A stretch of DNA of 64,000 nt from an uncultured Verrucomicrobiae bacterium. Lineage in GTDB: Bacteria; Verrucomicrobiota; Verrucomicrobiia; Limisphaerales; Palsa-1400. The notes under the pieces are model-generated. The model made no database searches and was not told where the DNA came from. It saw nothing but the letters and a program-made list of their open reading frames with translations. This document shows, piece by piece, positions 30,763 through 40,182 of this stretch (positions are counted from its first letter, which is position 1; each line of letters begins with the position of its first letter). The stretch is from assembly GCA_963707025.1 (NCBI GenBank), contig CAVPOM010000006.1, positions 672,001-736,000 on the forward strand, in the 5' to 3' direction. The position numbers and the translations under genes are program-made.

Positions 30763-31358
30763 TGGGCAGAAAGAGCGGAAACCTCCCCAGCCCTGCCCTC
30801 TCCGGCAAAAGCAGGTGGAGGAGGGGGGGAAGACGCAGGAGTTTTGTTTTTGGATTCCTCACGCATGGCGATGACCACCGCTCCCAGCAGCGCCGCCGTC
30901 AAAAGTACGCCGATCATTTCCAGCGGCAGCACGTAACGGGTCATCAATTCCACGCCGATTAAACCCGTCATTTTCGCCGGAATGTCCGCCGCGGGCGGAG
31001 CCAGCCGTCGCAGGCTGGGGCTGGCCAGCACCGGCAGGGCAATTCCAGCCAGCACCAGCAGGGCCACCGCCACACCGGCCAGCCACGAAGGCGAGGACTG
31101 GCGGCTGCCGGGCAGAACTTCATCCCCGCGCGTGAGCAGCACGGCAAACACGATCAGAATGGCGATCGCGCCCACATAGACCAGCAGTTGGGCAAATCCG
31201 ACAAATTCGGCGTCGAGTTGCAGGTAGATCACGGCCAGGCCGGCAAAAGCCGCGGCGGCGCACAAGGCGCAATGGATCAATTGCCGCAGGGCCATGGCCG
31301 CAACCGCGCAAGCCAGGGTGATGGCGGCGATCAGATAAAATGCGATCTCATTCAGCAT
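30756..31358 (-). CDS. nuoJ: NADH-quinone oxidoreductase subunit J
   Basis: AEFVGFAQLLVYVGAIAIL, YVLPLE. Confidence 0.93.
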   Translation of the reverse strand: MLNEIAFYLIAAITLACAVAAMALRQLIHCALCAAAAFAGLAVIYLQLDAEFVGFAQLLVYVGAIAILIVFAVLLTRGDEVLPGSRQSSPSWLAGVAVALLVLAGIALPVLASPSLRRLAPPAADIPAKMTGLIGVELMTRYVLPLEMIGVLLTAALLGAVVIAMREESKNKTPASSPPPPPAFAGEGRAGEVSALSAQD

Positions 31359-32538
31359 AACTATATTGGTGTTGGGCTGGTCTCCCGCCTTTCAAGACCC
31401 GGCCCAGCCAGACATACACACCCGCCAGCAGGCCCGTGCCCAGCAGCCAGCGGATTTCCAACGCGCCTGGGAATTGCCAGGCTCCGCTTTGCCACCAAGC
31501 CACCGCGACGACCAGGTTGACCAGCGCGAGCGGAACCAGAAATTTCCAGGCGAAATTCAACAGTTGGTCCAGACGCAAACGCGGCAGGGTGGCGCGCACC
31601 CAGATGAACAGAAAAATCAGGACGCTGAATTTGACCGCGAACCAGCCCCAGGATGGCAGCCATTCCAGCCACGGGGCCGGGGCCTGCCATCCTCCCAGAA
31701 ACAGGGTCACGCCCAGCCCGGTCACGGCGAAAAGCCCCAGGTATTCCCCGAGGAAAAACAGCGCGTATTTGAAACCCGAATACTCGGTCAGAAAGCCGGC
31801 AATCAACTCCGATTCCCCTTCCGGCAGGTCAAACGGACAACGGTTGGATTCAGCGGCGGCGGCGATCATGAACAGGGCGAAGCCGGCCAGACCCCAGGGC
31901 GTGAAGACGTTCCAGCGCGGCAGCCAGCCCATCACGAAGCCGGATTGGGCCTGGACAATGTCCGGCAGGGACAAGGAACTGGCCGCCAGCAACACCGGAA
32001 TGGTGGCCAGCACCAACGGGACCTCGTAGCTGATCATTTGCGCGATGGCCCGCATCGCGCCCAGCAGCGAATATTTATTCTGACTCGACCATCCCGCCAT
32101 GAAGACCGCCAGCTCGGACGCGGAGCCGATGGCAAAAAAGAAGAGAATGCCCGCGTCCAGTTCAATCGCGCTCATGTTGCGTCCGAAGGGCAGAACGGCG
32201 AAGGCCAGCCAAATCGGCGCCGTCAGGGCCACCGGCGCGAGGAAATGCACCACTTGGTCGGCGGAAAAAGGAACAATGTCCTCCTTGATGAGCATCTTGA
32301 CCCCGTCGGCCAACGGTTGGAACAAACCGCAAGGCCCGACGCGGTTGGGGCCATAACGATTCTGCATCCGGCCCAGGATCTTGCGCTCCAGGATCGTGGT
32401 CAGGGCAAAGCACGTTCCGAACACCGCCATCAGGCCCGCGATGATGAGCACCATCAAAACCAGCGGACGGACCGAAGCCGGAGCCAATCCCGCCAGCCAA
32501 TGCTGGGTCGAAACAAAAACTTGGTCTAAGGCGTTCAT
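31348..32538 (-). CDS. nuoH: NADH-quinone oxidoreductase subunit H
   Basis: ERKILGRMQNRYGPNRVG, QPLADGVK, ISYEVP, NRCPFDLPEGESEL. Confidence 0.95.
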   Translation of the reverse strand: MNALDQVFVSTQHWLAGLAPASVRPLVLMVLIIAGLMAVFGTCFALTTILERKILGRMQNRYGPNRVGPCGLFQPLADGVKMLIKEDIVPFSADQVVHFLAPVALTAPIWLAFAVLPFGRNMSAIELDAGILFFFAIGSASELAVFMAGWSSQNKYSLLGAMRAIAQMISYEVPLVLATIPVLLAASSLSLPDIVQAQSGFVMGWLPRWNVFTPWGLAGFALFMIAAAAESNRCPFDLPEGESELIAGFLTEYSGFKYALFFLGEYLGLFAVTGLGVTLFLGGWQAPAPWLEWLPSWGWFAVKFSVLIFLFIWVRATLPRLRLDQLLNFAWKFLVPLALVNLVVAVAWWQSGAWQFPGALEIRWLLGTGLLAGVYVWLGRVLKGGRPAQHQYSYAE

Positions 32539-33104
32539 GCGGTGGTTGGCGTGGCTGGAGCCGGGGTGACGGCCTTCCTGGCCTGCGCCTTGCGTTGTTC
32601 TTCCGTCCGCTCTGCATCCACGGCGGCGGCTTCGGCGGGATGGATTCGGCGGAAGTAATCATTGGATTTGGCCAAGTCCCTTTTCTGCAACACCATGGCG
32701 CAATCCTCGCTGGCCAGCTCAAAAACCTGGTCCATCTTGATGGAATCAAACGGGCAAACTTCCACGCAGATGCCGCAACCCATGCAGACGGCCATGTCAA
32801 TGTTGAAAACCTTGGGTTGGAACTGCAGCTTCCCCAGGTAATCCTGCTTTTTGACCGTATCTTTGACGATTTCTATGCAATGCGCCGGACATTCCTGCGC
32901 ACAGATCGTGCAGGCGGTGCAGCGCAACCCGGCGAGGGGATCCGCGCCATCGCAAACCAAAAAAGGAACCGTGCGCGCGTTTGCCTGCGGGGCAAGTTTC
33001 TCCTCCGGGTACTGCACGGTGGTCAGCCGCGCGGGATCAAAATAGCTGCCGCAAAAATTGCGCCCGGTCTCGAAGAACCCTCGAAGTAAGCCGCGGCCCA
33101 GCAT
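32535..33104 (-). CDS. nuoI: NADH-quinone oxidoreductase subunit I (2x[4Fe-4S])
   Basis: TVQYPEE, CTACTICAQECP, CMGCGICVEVCP. Confidence 0.92.
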   Translation of the reverse strand: MLGRGLLRGFFETGRNFCGSYFDPARLTTVQYPEEKLAPQANARTVPFLVCDGADPLAGLRCTACTICAQECPAHCIEIVKDTVKKQDYLGKLQFQPKVFNIDMAVCMGCGICVEVCPFDSIKMDQVFELASEDCAMVLQKRDLAKSNDYFRRIHPAEAAAVDAERTEEQRKAQARKAVTPAPATPTTA

Positions 33105-34255
33105 TAGCGATCCACCTCCCCGAGCACAATATCAATGCTGCCCAGGATAATGACGACATCCGCGATGGTATGGCCGAGGCACATATCTTCCAGGACCGTC
33201 AGGTTGATAAGACTTGGAGGGCGGATGCGGTAACGCCAAGGCGTCGGCCCGCCGTCGCTGATGAGGTAAAAGCCCAGTTCGCCTTTGGGCGATTCGATCC
33301 GCCCGTAGGCTTCCCCGGTTTTGGGGCGCAGATTGCGCAGTTTGACTTTGGGATCCAGGATTGCTCCCGCGGGAATGTCGCGCAAGGCCTGGGCCAGAAT
33401 CTTGACCGATTCCCGCATTTCGAGAATCCGCACCATGTAACGATCGAAAACGTCCCCTTGCTGGCCGAGCGGGACGCGGAATTTGAAGCGGTCGTAAATC
33501 CCGTAGCGGTCCACTTTGCGAAGGTCGTAATTGACTCCGCTGGCCCGCAGCCCCGGGCCGGTCACGCCGGCATTGACCGCCAGGTCGCGCGGCAACACGC
33601 CCACGCCTTCACTGCGAGCGCGGAGAATTTCGTTTTCGCTCAGGAGAGCCTCGAATTGGTCGAGAAAGACGTCGAAATCCGCCGCGACCCTGGCGGCCTG
33701 TTCCTGCCAGCCGGGCGGGAGGTCGCAACGGCAGCCGCCGAAACGCAGGTAATTGCACATCATCCGCGAGCCGCTGAGCGCTTCGAAAAGGTCGAGGATT
33801 TTTTCCCGTTCGCGAAAGGCGTACATCAGGGGCGTGCCCAGGGCGCCCATGTCCTGCAAAACAAATCCCGCCAGGCAGGCGTGGTTGAACAGGCGGGTCA
33901 GTTCGGCGACAATGACCCGGATGTATTCGGCGCGCTCGGCCACCATCAATCCCGCCAGCTTCTCCACGCTCAGGACATAGGCCCAGTTGTTGGTCATCGA
34001 GCAGATGTAATCCAGCCGGTCGGTGTAGGGGATGGAGGCCAGGTAGCTGTTCTTCTCGGCGATTTTCTCGTGGTTGCGATGGAGGTAGCCGAAAACCGGC
34101 GTCAGTTTCACCACCGTTTCGCCATCCAGAACAACATTCATCCGAAAAACACCGTGAGTGGAGGGATGATGCGGCCCCATGGACACTTCGAGCAGGTCAT
34201 GGCCGTCAAATTTGGAGAGGGCCTGCCCCTGCGGCGCTGGCAGTGTGGCGATCAT
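33104..34255 (-). CDS. nuoD: NADH-quinone oxidoreductase subunit D
   Basis: [40 protein letters not shown]; no Ni-binding CxxC. Confidence 0.95.
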   Translation of the reverse strand: MIATLPAPQGQALSKFDGHDLLEVSMGPHHPSTHGVFRMNVVLDGETVVKLTPVFGYLHRNHEKIAEKNSYLASIPYTDRLDYICSMTNNWAYVLSVEKLAGLMVAERAEYIRVIVAELTRLFNHACLAGFVLQDMGALGTPLMYAFREREKILDLFEALSGSRMMCNYLRFGGCRCDLPPGWQEQAARVAADFDVFLDQFEALLSENEILRARSEGVGVLPRDLAVNAGVTGPGLRASGVNYDLRKVDRYGIYDRFKFRVPLGQQGDVFDRYMVRILEMRESVKILAQALRDIPAGAILDPKVKLRNLRPKTGEAYGRIESPKGELGFYLISDGGPTPWRYRIRPPSLINLTVLEDMCLGHTIADVVIILGSIDIVLGEVDR

Positions 34256-34827
34256 GGCTGGGCCTCCATTTGCTCGGCCGGCACGTAATCCTTGCGCATG
34301 GGATGATCGGCAAAGTTGTCCCACATCAGGATGCGGCGCAGATCGGGATGTCCCTCAAACTCGATGCCAAACAGATCAAAGATCTCCCGTTCCTGCAACT
34401 CGCAACTGCGCCAAACCGGCGTGAGGGAGGGCAGGGCGACGCGGTCGGTTCGATTGCCGGTGCGCAGCCGGATAATGAGCGGCCCCTGGCCGAGCGCCAT
34501 GGAATAGAGATGATAAACCGCTTCGAGGAAGGCGGGGGTCTTGCGTGCGGCCAGTTCCTCGGCTTCCTTTTCCACTCCGTCAATGATCTGCTTGACCTTG
34601 ACTTTCTCCTGGACGGTTTTTTCCGGCCAGTCCACGCCCGTGACGTTGGAGGCGTAGTCGAAGCGCAACTGCGGCTGGTCGCGCAAAAATTTTGCGATCT
34701 CCCGCGCCTGCCCGTGATCCAGGAGCAGGGAGGCTTGATTGGCCGGACTACCGTTGGGAATGACCTCCAGGCGCGCGCCCGGAAAAGCGGCGGCGATGCA
34801 GTCTTTGATTTGTTGCAGAGTTTGCAT
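34252..34827 (-). CDS. nuoC: NADH-quinone oxidoreductase subunit C
   Basis: [23 protein letters not shown]...HPMRKDY. Confidence 0.93.
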   Translation of the reverse strand: MQTLQQIKDCIAAAFPGARLEVIPNGSPANQASLLLDHGQAREIAKFLRDQPQLRFDYASNVTGVDWPEKTVQEKVKVKQIIDGVEKEAEELAARKTPAFLEAVYHLYSMALGQGPLIIRLRTGNRTDRVALPSLTPVWRSCELQEREIFDLFGIEFEGHPDLRRILMWDNFADHPMRKDYVPAEQMEAQP

Positions 34828-35441
34828 CAGGTGTTCCGGGCTTTGTCCAATTGCGGCCCCACCAAGTCATGCGGTCCGAATTGCGGCACGGGGAATTCGC
34901 CGGCGGCGCCCGCCTCCAGGTGGGGCGGACGATCCGGGCCCGTCAGGCGCTGGCGCGCTATTTTTTGTTGCAAAGTGATCAGCCCCTCCAGCAACGCCTC
35001 CGGCCGGGGCGGACAACCGGGGATATACACGTCCACCGGCAGATAGAGGTTTATCCCCCGCAGGACATTGTAGCCGTCGCGAAAGGGTCCGCCGCAAATG
35101 GCGCAGGCGCCCATGGCGATGACATATTTGGGCTCCGGCATCTGGTTGAACAGGCGCACGACTTGCGGGGCCATTTTCTTGGTGACGGTCCCGGAAACGA
35201 TCATCAGGTCCGCCTGCCGGGGGGAGGGCCGAAAGACCTCCGCGCCGAAGCGGGCCATGTCGAAGCGGGCCATGGAGGCGGCGATCATCTCAATGGCGCA
35301 GCAGGCCAGGCCGAACTGCAGCGGCCACAGGGAATTCTTCCGGCCCCAGTTGTAAAGCTCCTCCACCGTGGTGAGAACGACGCCTTGCTGCCTCAATCGG
35401 TTTTGTAGTTCCTGGTTCATGGGAGGCTTGTCCTCGTTCAT
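34827..35441 (-). CDS. nuoB: NADH-quinone oxidoreductase subunit B
   Basis: [34 protein letters not shown] 35441 overlaps the nuoA stop. Confidence 0.95.
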   Translation of the reverse strand: MNEDKPPMNQELQNRLRQQGVVLTTVEELYNWGRKNSLWPLQFGLACCAIEMIAASMARFDMARFGAEVFRPSPRQADLMIVSGTVTKKMAPQVVRLFNQMPEPKYVIAMGACAICGGPFRDGYNVLRGINLYLPVDVYIPGCPPRPEALLEGLITLQQKIARQRLTGPDRPPHLEAGAAGEFPVPQFGPHDLVGPQLDKARNT

Positions 35442-35809
35442 TTCCAGGCCAGAATCCCCTTGGCCCAGGCCCAGGCCAGTCCTTCCACCAGCAGGAGGAG
35501 GAAAATCAACATCGCCAGGCACGCGGCAAAGGGAAGGCCTTTGCAGGCCACGGCAAACGGCAGCAAGAAAATGGTTTCCACATCGAAGATCAGGAAAATG
35601 ATCCCATAGAGGTAGTATTCGGACTTGAATTGCACCCATCCGGTGGGTTGGACGTCCAGGCCGCATTCGTAAACGGCATTTTTGACCGCACCGGGCTTGC
35701 GCGGCGAGAAAGCGCGCGCCCAGAGCCAGGCGATGGCCAGCGGCGCCAGGGCGAACCCGACCGCCGCGGCGGCAAAAACGGCCAGAAACAAACAGGTATT
35801 CGTGCTCAT
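35438..35809 (-). CDS. nuoA: NADH-quinone oxidoreductase subunit A
   Basis: [15 protein letters not shown], three TM helices. Confidence 0.93.
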   Translation of the reverse strand: MSTNTCLFLAVFAAAAVGFALAPLAIAWLWARAFSPRKPGAVKNAVYECGLDVQPTGWVQFKSEYYLYGIIFLIFDVETIFLLPFAVACKGLPFAACLAMLIFLLLLVEGLAWAWAKGILAWK

Positions 35810-35841
35810 AACCTACGACTCGATCAGCCTCCCCGGCCGCC

Positions 35842-36144
35842 TCAAGACGGCAGCGGCTCGACCAGTATCATTTGGGCCAATTGTGAACTCAGGGCCAGGC
35901 GCGCGTTGCACACCTGGCAAATCAGGTTGGATTGGCGGATCAGCAGTCTGATCACCTGCCGTTCGCCAAAGCCAATTTCCCGCAAGCGCCGCGTCACCGC
36001 CGGCGGCGCGGAAAGTTCCTTGATCCGCACCAGCATCCCCGCCCGGACCCGGCTGAGCGGGCAGGTGAAGGGCTTCGCACAATGGATTTCGCCGCCCGGC
36101 GGGTTGCGGTCATCTAATTGAGTTGTCTGAGCAAACGGTTTCAT
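35842..36144 (-). CDS. feoA: FeoA-domain protein
   Basis: PLSRVRAG...RRLREIGF...[18 protein letters not shown]3-like FeoA pattern. Confidence 0.75.
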   Translation of the reverse strand: MKPFAQTTQLDDRNPPGGEIHCAKPFTCPLSRVRAGMLVRIKELSAPPAVTRRLREIGFGERQVIRLLIRQSNLICQVCNARLALSSQLAQMILVEPLPS

Positions 36145-36203
36145 TGTTTTTACTGTTCGAGAGCCAACCTACAAGGAGGTGGCGGCGGAGACTCCACTGT
36201 TTT

Positions 36204-36219
36204 TGCTATTCACAGGCCA
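36204..36219 (-). promoter_or_regulatory. Candidate sigma-54 (-24/-12) promoter for feoA-nuo-nifJ
   Basis: Minus strand reads TGGCCTGTGAATAGCA, i.e. GG-N10-GC, 60 bp upstream of the feoA ATG. Confidence 0.5.
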
Positions 36220-36277
36220 TTTTTTGGCCGATGGCGAAACGTGGAATTTTTCCGCCGACACTCCACTTCCCAATAAA

Positions 36278-36293
36278 TGTCGAACAAATCGCA
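36278..36293. promoter_or_regulatory. Shared operator copy TGTC-N8-CGCA
   Basis: aaaTGTCgaacaaatCGCAa; related copies at 37541, 45760 and 53165. Confidence 0.55.
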
Positions 36294-36433
36294 ACCTGTG
36301 TGTAGTTGGTCTTACCCCTCATGGGCGATGGTGCGAGCGACATGAAAAGCACAAAAAGGTTTAAGAACCTCGAATCGCTTATGAGTAAAATGCAAAATTT
36401 CAAGCAGGGCGCCAGTGCCGCAAGGAGGCCCGC

Positions 36434-37522
36434 ATGATGTTCGTGGCTGGCATCAGTTTTAAGACCGCCCCGGTCGCCCTGCGCGAGCAATTGGCAGTGA
36501 CGCCCTCGCGTCTCATCGAAACCGCCATCCGGCTCAAAGAGCAGGGCGGCCTGTCCGAATTGGTGCTCCTCTGCACCTGCAACCGGGTGGAATTGTACGG
36601 CGTGGCCGATCAGGACGGGGGACTGGCCGGGTTGCTCGCCTCGCTCGCCCGCACCCCGGCGGAAGTCGCGCCTTATGTCTATCTTCATACCGGGGAGGCG
36701 GCCGCCCGCCATCTTTTCTCCGTCGCCAGCGGGCTGGATTCGATGGTGCTGGGCGAAACGGAAATCACCGGCCAGATAAAAACCGCCTACGAGACGGCCC
36801 TGGCGGCGAAGTTGACCGGGCGGGTCCTCAATTGCGCCTTCCAACGCGCCTTTCAAGTGGTCAAAGCCATTCGCACCAAGACGCTCATCGGGCGCGGCGC
36901 CACCTCCGTGGGCAGCGTGGCCGTGCAGTTGGCGGAGAAGATCTTCGGCGGCGATTTTCACGACAAGACCGTCATGATCATCGGCGCCGGCAAAATGGGG
37001 GAAGCCTGCATCCGGCACATCGCCAAAAACGGCATCGGCTCCATCATCGTGGCCAACCGCACCCTCCAGCACGCCGAGGAACTCGCCCGCCAATTCGGAG
37101 GACGCGCGGTCAATTATATGGACGACGGCCTGGCCGCGATGGCCGGGGCGGACATCGTGGTCAGTTCCACCGGCTGCCCGGAAACCATCCTGGACCGGGA
37201 GGACGTGGAAGCGGTCATGCGGCAGCGGCCCAACCGGCCGTTGTTCCTGATTGATATCGCCGTGCCCCGGGACATTGATCCCGCGGCGCAGCGGGTGGAG
37301 AACGTTTTTCTGTACGACATAGACGACCTGGAGAAGCTGGTGGCCGAAAATGTGAAGCTGCGCGAGCAGGAGATGGCGCCCTGCCGGAGCATCATTGAAA
37401 AGCACACGGCGGAATTGATGGCCAAACTCAACGGCGCGGCCAGGAAGCCGGAGGCGGCCGGCCCGCCACCCCACGTGGCCTGGGAATTTCCCGGACGGAT
37501 TCACGACTATGCACAACCATAA
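36434..37522 (+). CDS. hemA: Glutamyl-tRNA reductase (short C-terminus)
   Basis: TCNRVE, SGLDSMVLGETEITGQ, GAGKMG, DIAVPRDI. Confidence 0.95.
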   Translation: MMFVAGISFKTAPVALREQLAVTPSRLIETAIRLKEQGGLSELVLLCTCNRVELYGVADQDGGLAGLLASLARTPAEVAPYVYLHTGEAAARHLFSVASGLDSMVLGETEITGQIKTAYETALAAKLTGRVLNCAFQRAFQVVKAIRTKTLIGRGATSVGSVAVQLAEKIFGGDFHDKTVMIIGAGKMGEACIRHIAKNGIGSIIVANRTLQHAEELARQFGGRAVNYMDDGLAAMAGADIVVSSTGCPETILDREDVEAVMRQRPNRPLFLIDIAVPRDIDPAAQRVENVFLYDIDDLEKLVAENVKLREQEMAPCRSIIEKHTAELMAKLNGAARKPEAAGPPPHVAWEFPGRIHDYAQP

Positions 37523-37540
37523 CCGGGCCGATAATGGCCC

Positions 37541-37556
37541 TGCACAAATTTTGACA
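37541..37556. promoter_or_regulatory. Shared operator copy TGCA-N8-GACA
   Basis: TGCAcaaattttGACA (TGTC-N8-TGCA on the minus strand), upstream of the first nonaheme cytochrome. Confidence 0.5.
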
Positions 37557-37656
37557 GTTGAAAACCAAAGGCGGGTGGGATTGGGACGGCTGTCAGGACG
37601 CAACGCCGCGCGGCGCTGCGGATCAGCAAACACCATGACAGCCCCGGAACCCTGGC

Positions 37657-37704
37657 AAACTTAACGATCAACGCAACGACAAACTTAACGACAAACGCAA
37701 CGAC
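37657..37704 (+). repeat. Tandem 24-bp duplication in the A/C-rich leader
   Basis: AAACTTAACGATCAACGCAACGAC / AAACTTAACGACAAACGCAACGAC (22/24 identical), ending 6 nt before the ATG at 37711. Confidence 0.85.
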
Positions 37705-37710
37705 GCAACT

Positions 37711-40077
37711 ATGAAAACAAACATGTCAACCCAACAAAAGGCAACCCGCCTAAAAGGAGCATTGCTCCTGGCGCTGGCCGCCACCCTGGGGGCCCAGGCG
37801 GCGCCGATTCCGCTGACCGCGCGGCTCATCGCCCGGCCGGTAACACCCGGCGACGTGACCCGGTTCGCGCTTCCCGCGAGCACGGAGTATTCAACAGGCT
37901 TCAATACGGTGGGCATTGGCACGCCCGTTTATCTGGAGGTGGATGTGAGCAGCAAGGTTCCGCTCTCCACCATCACCAACGTCACCTTTACGCTCACGCA
38001 AGCGCCGCTGAGATCGGCAGCGGGGTTTACGGCCAACACGTTCCCCACGAACATGGGGGTCTTTGAGCCGGCTGACAAACTGATTTACGAGGTGGCCGGG
38101 CGCGCGGTGTTGCGGCCCGACCTGACGACGGCTGACCGGCCCTACATCGTCACCGCGACGATCAACACCACGACCAATGGCTCGACCAACGTGAGCTTCA
38201 CCATTAACGCGGGAACGTATTTGGGAATTTCAGCGTGCGTGTTTTGCCACAGTCCCGGCGGCGGCGCGCCGCCCAAGGTGCCGTTTTGGCAGACCACGGA
38301 GCATGCGAGCATGTTTACCCGAGGGATTGACGGCGTGGTGAGCAGCCACTACAGCGCATCGTGCGAAAAGTGCCATACGGTCGGCTACGACACCAATGCG
38401 GCGAGCCTGGCGGACAACGGATTCTACTCGACGGCCCAGGCCGAGGGTTGGACATTTCCGGCGACATTGAACAGCAACAATTGGGCGTCCATGGTGAGTA
38501 ACTACCCGGACCTCGCCAACCTGGCCAATATTCAATGCGAGAATTGCCACGGGCCAGCCAGCGAACACGCTTATGCCTTCGGCGATACCAACGCAGCCTA
38601 CTGGCCGAGGATCGCGGTGGCGACCAACAACGCGGGCACTTGCAACCAATGCCATGACAGTCCCCCGACGGAAGCCGACGGAGCGCAATGGTACTCCTCG
38701 GCGCACGCGGTGACCACGACCATTCCCACCGGCTCCGGCCGCGACCAATGCGTGATGTGCCACACCGCCTTTGGCTTCGTCACCCGGATCAACAACGTCC
38801 TGACCAACAGCCTGGTTGGCAACACCATCACGAATTTTGCTCCGACCAATACGGCCTACGCGGCGATCAATTGCCAGACCTGCCATGAGCCGCACGGCGA
38901 AACCACCCCGACGAACAATCCGCACTTGATCCGCATGCTGGCATCGGTCACGCTCGGCGACGGCACGGTCGTCACCAACGCGGGAGAGGGAGAACTGTGC
39001 CTGGAATGCCACCACTCGCGCAATGGCTCGGCCGTCACCAACGTCACCCTGTGGTCGTCGGGGCAAAAAACCTGGGCAGGAGCCGCAGTGCCTGTCAGTT
39101 CAAGCGACTTTGGCCCGCACGACGGAGGGCAGGGAGACATGATCGAGGCGGCCAACGCCATCACTTACGGCCTGACCATCCCCAGTTCCGCCCACCGCTT
39201 AACGGTGAGCAACGTGTGCGTCGGCTGCCACATGCAAACGATTGCTTCCGCCGATCCGGGCTTCCTCGTCTCGGGCGAGCACAGCTTCGAAATGAAATAC
39301 AATGTCACCAACAGCGGCGTGGTGACGGAGGTGGACCAGGTGGGCGTCTGCAATGAATGCCACGGCGGGATCAAGTCCTTCAACTTCCCTGTGGAGGACT
39401 ACGATGGCGACGGCGTGATCGAAGGCGTCCAGACCGAAGTGCAGAATCTCCTGAACAAGCTCTCGACACTCGTGCCCAACGCCAACGGCGTGGTGGACGG
39501 CACGGTGAAAACCAAGATGTCTGTCACCACCAACTGGAGCCAGGCGCAGTTGCAGGCGGCCTACAATTGGCAGTATGTCGCCAATGACGGCAGCTTGGGT
39601 GTGCATAACGCCCCCTTTGCCACCGGCATCCTCAAAGCCTCCATCGCCAACCTGACCGGCGTGTCGGCGGCGGGCGGCCTGCCGGATGTGTGGGAGACCG
39701 CATACTACGGCTCGATCACCAACGCCAGCGGCGCACCCAACGCCGTCGGCGCCTGCGGCCTGCCGAACTGGCTGGCCTACGCGCTGGGCGTTAATCCCAA
39801 CAGCGCCAGTGTCACTTACCCAGGCGGAGTGGTTTGGGCCAACAGCTCGGGCGTGGTGGGCGGCAGCACTAACACCATCCAGATCTACACGGCGGCCGAT
39901 ATCACCTTTGACACGGTGGCCGGCACGTCTTATCAAATCCAGGCCATCAACTTCCTGGGCGGGACATGGGCGAATGTCGGAGACCCGATTGTGGCGACCA
40001 ACACCGCCTCCATGAGCTACTTGACGCCGACGCATGGTAATGCGCAACAATTCTACCGCGTAGTGCATACGCCCTGA
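37711..40077 (+). CDS. Secreted nonaheme c-type cytochrome
   Basis: Signal peptide (AQA); CVFCH, CEKCH, CENCH, CNQCH, CVMCH, CQTCH, CLECH, CVGCH, CNECH; DYDGDG Ca-type loop; DGSLGVHN; C-terminal YQIQ...W...FYRV module. Confidence 0.9.
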   Translation: MKTNMSTQQKATRLKGALLLALAATLGAQAAPIPLTARLIARPVTPGDVTRFALPASTEYSTGFNTVGIGTPVYLEVDVSSKVPLSTITNVTFTLTQAPLRSAAGFTANTFPTNMGVFEPADKLIYEVAGRAVLRPDLTTADRPYIVTATINTTTNGSTNVSFTINAGTYLGISACVFCHSPGGGAPPKVPFWQTTEHASMFTRGIDGVVSSHYSASCEKCHTVGYDTNAASLADNGFYSTAQAEGWTFPATLNSNNWASMVSNYPDLANLANIQCENCHGPASEHAYAFGDTNAAYWPRIAVATNNAGTCNQCHDSPPTEADGAQWYSSAHAVTTTIPTGSGRDQCVMCHTAFGFVTRINNVLTNSLVGNTITNFAPTNTAYAAINCQTCHEPHGETTPTNNPHLIRMLASVTLGDGTVVTNAGEGELCLECHHSRNGSAVTNVTLWSSGQKTWAGAAVPVSSSDFGPHDGGQGDMIEAANAITYGLTIPSSAHRLTVSNVCVGCHMQTIASADPGFLVSGEHSFEMKYNVTNSGVVTEVDQVGVCNECHGGIKSFNFPVEDYDGDGVIEGVQTEVQNLLNKLSTLVPNANGVVDGTVKTKMSVTTNWSQAQLQAAYNWQYVANDGSLGVHNAPFATGILKASIANLTGVSAAGGLPDVWETAYYGSITNASGAPNAVGACGLPNWLAYALGVNPNSASVTYPGGVVWANSSGVVGGSTNTIQIYTAADITFDTVAGTSYQIQAINFLGGTWANVGDPIVATNTASMSYLTPTHGNAQQFYRVVHTP

Positions 40078-40182
40078 GCGGGTTGTGTGCCTGCGGCCTG
40101 TGGCCGCACGGCAACTGACTGACAACATGGCGGCTGGCCGCGAGGCCAGCCGCCGCACCAAATAGTGCGAGAAAGAAAATCT

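Noticed and set aside
33104..35441. Group 4 [NiFe]-hydrogenase interpretation of the NuoEFG-less cluster
   Set aside because: The large subunit lacks both CxxC Ni ligands (DRLDY and [11 protein letters not shown] instead), retains the quinone-site His/Tyr, and nuoA/nuoJ are present
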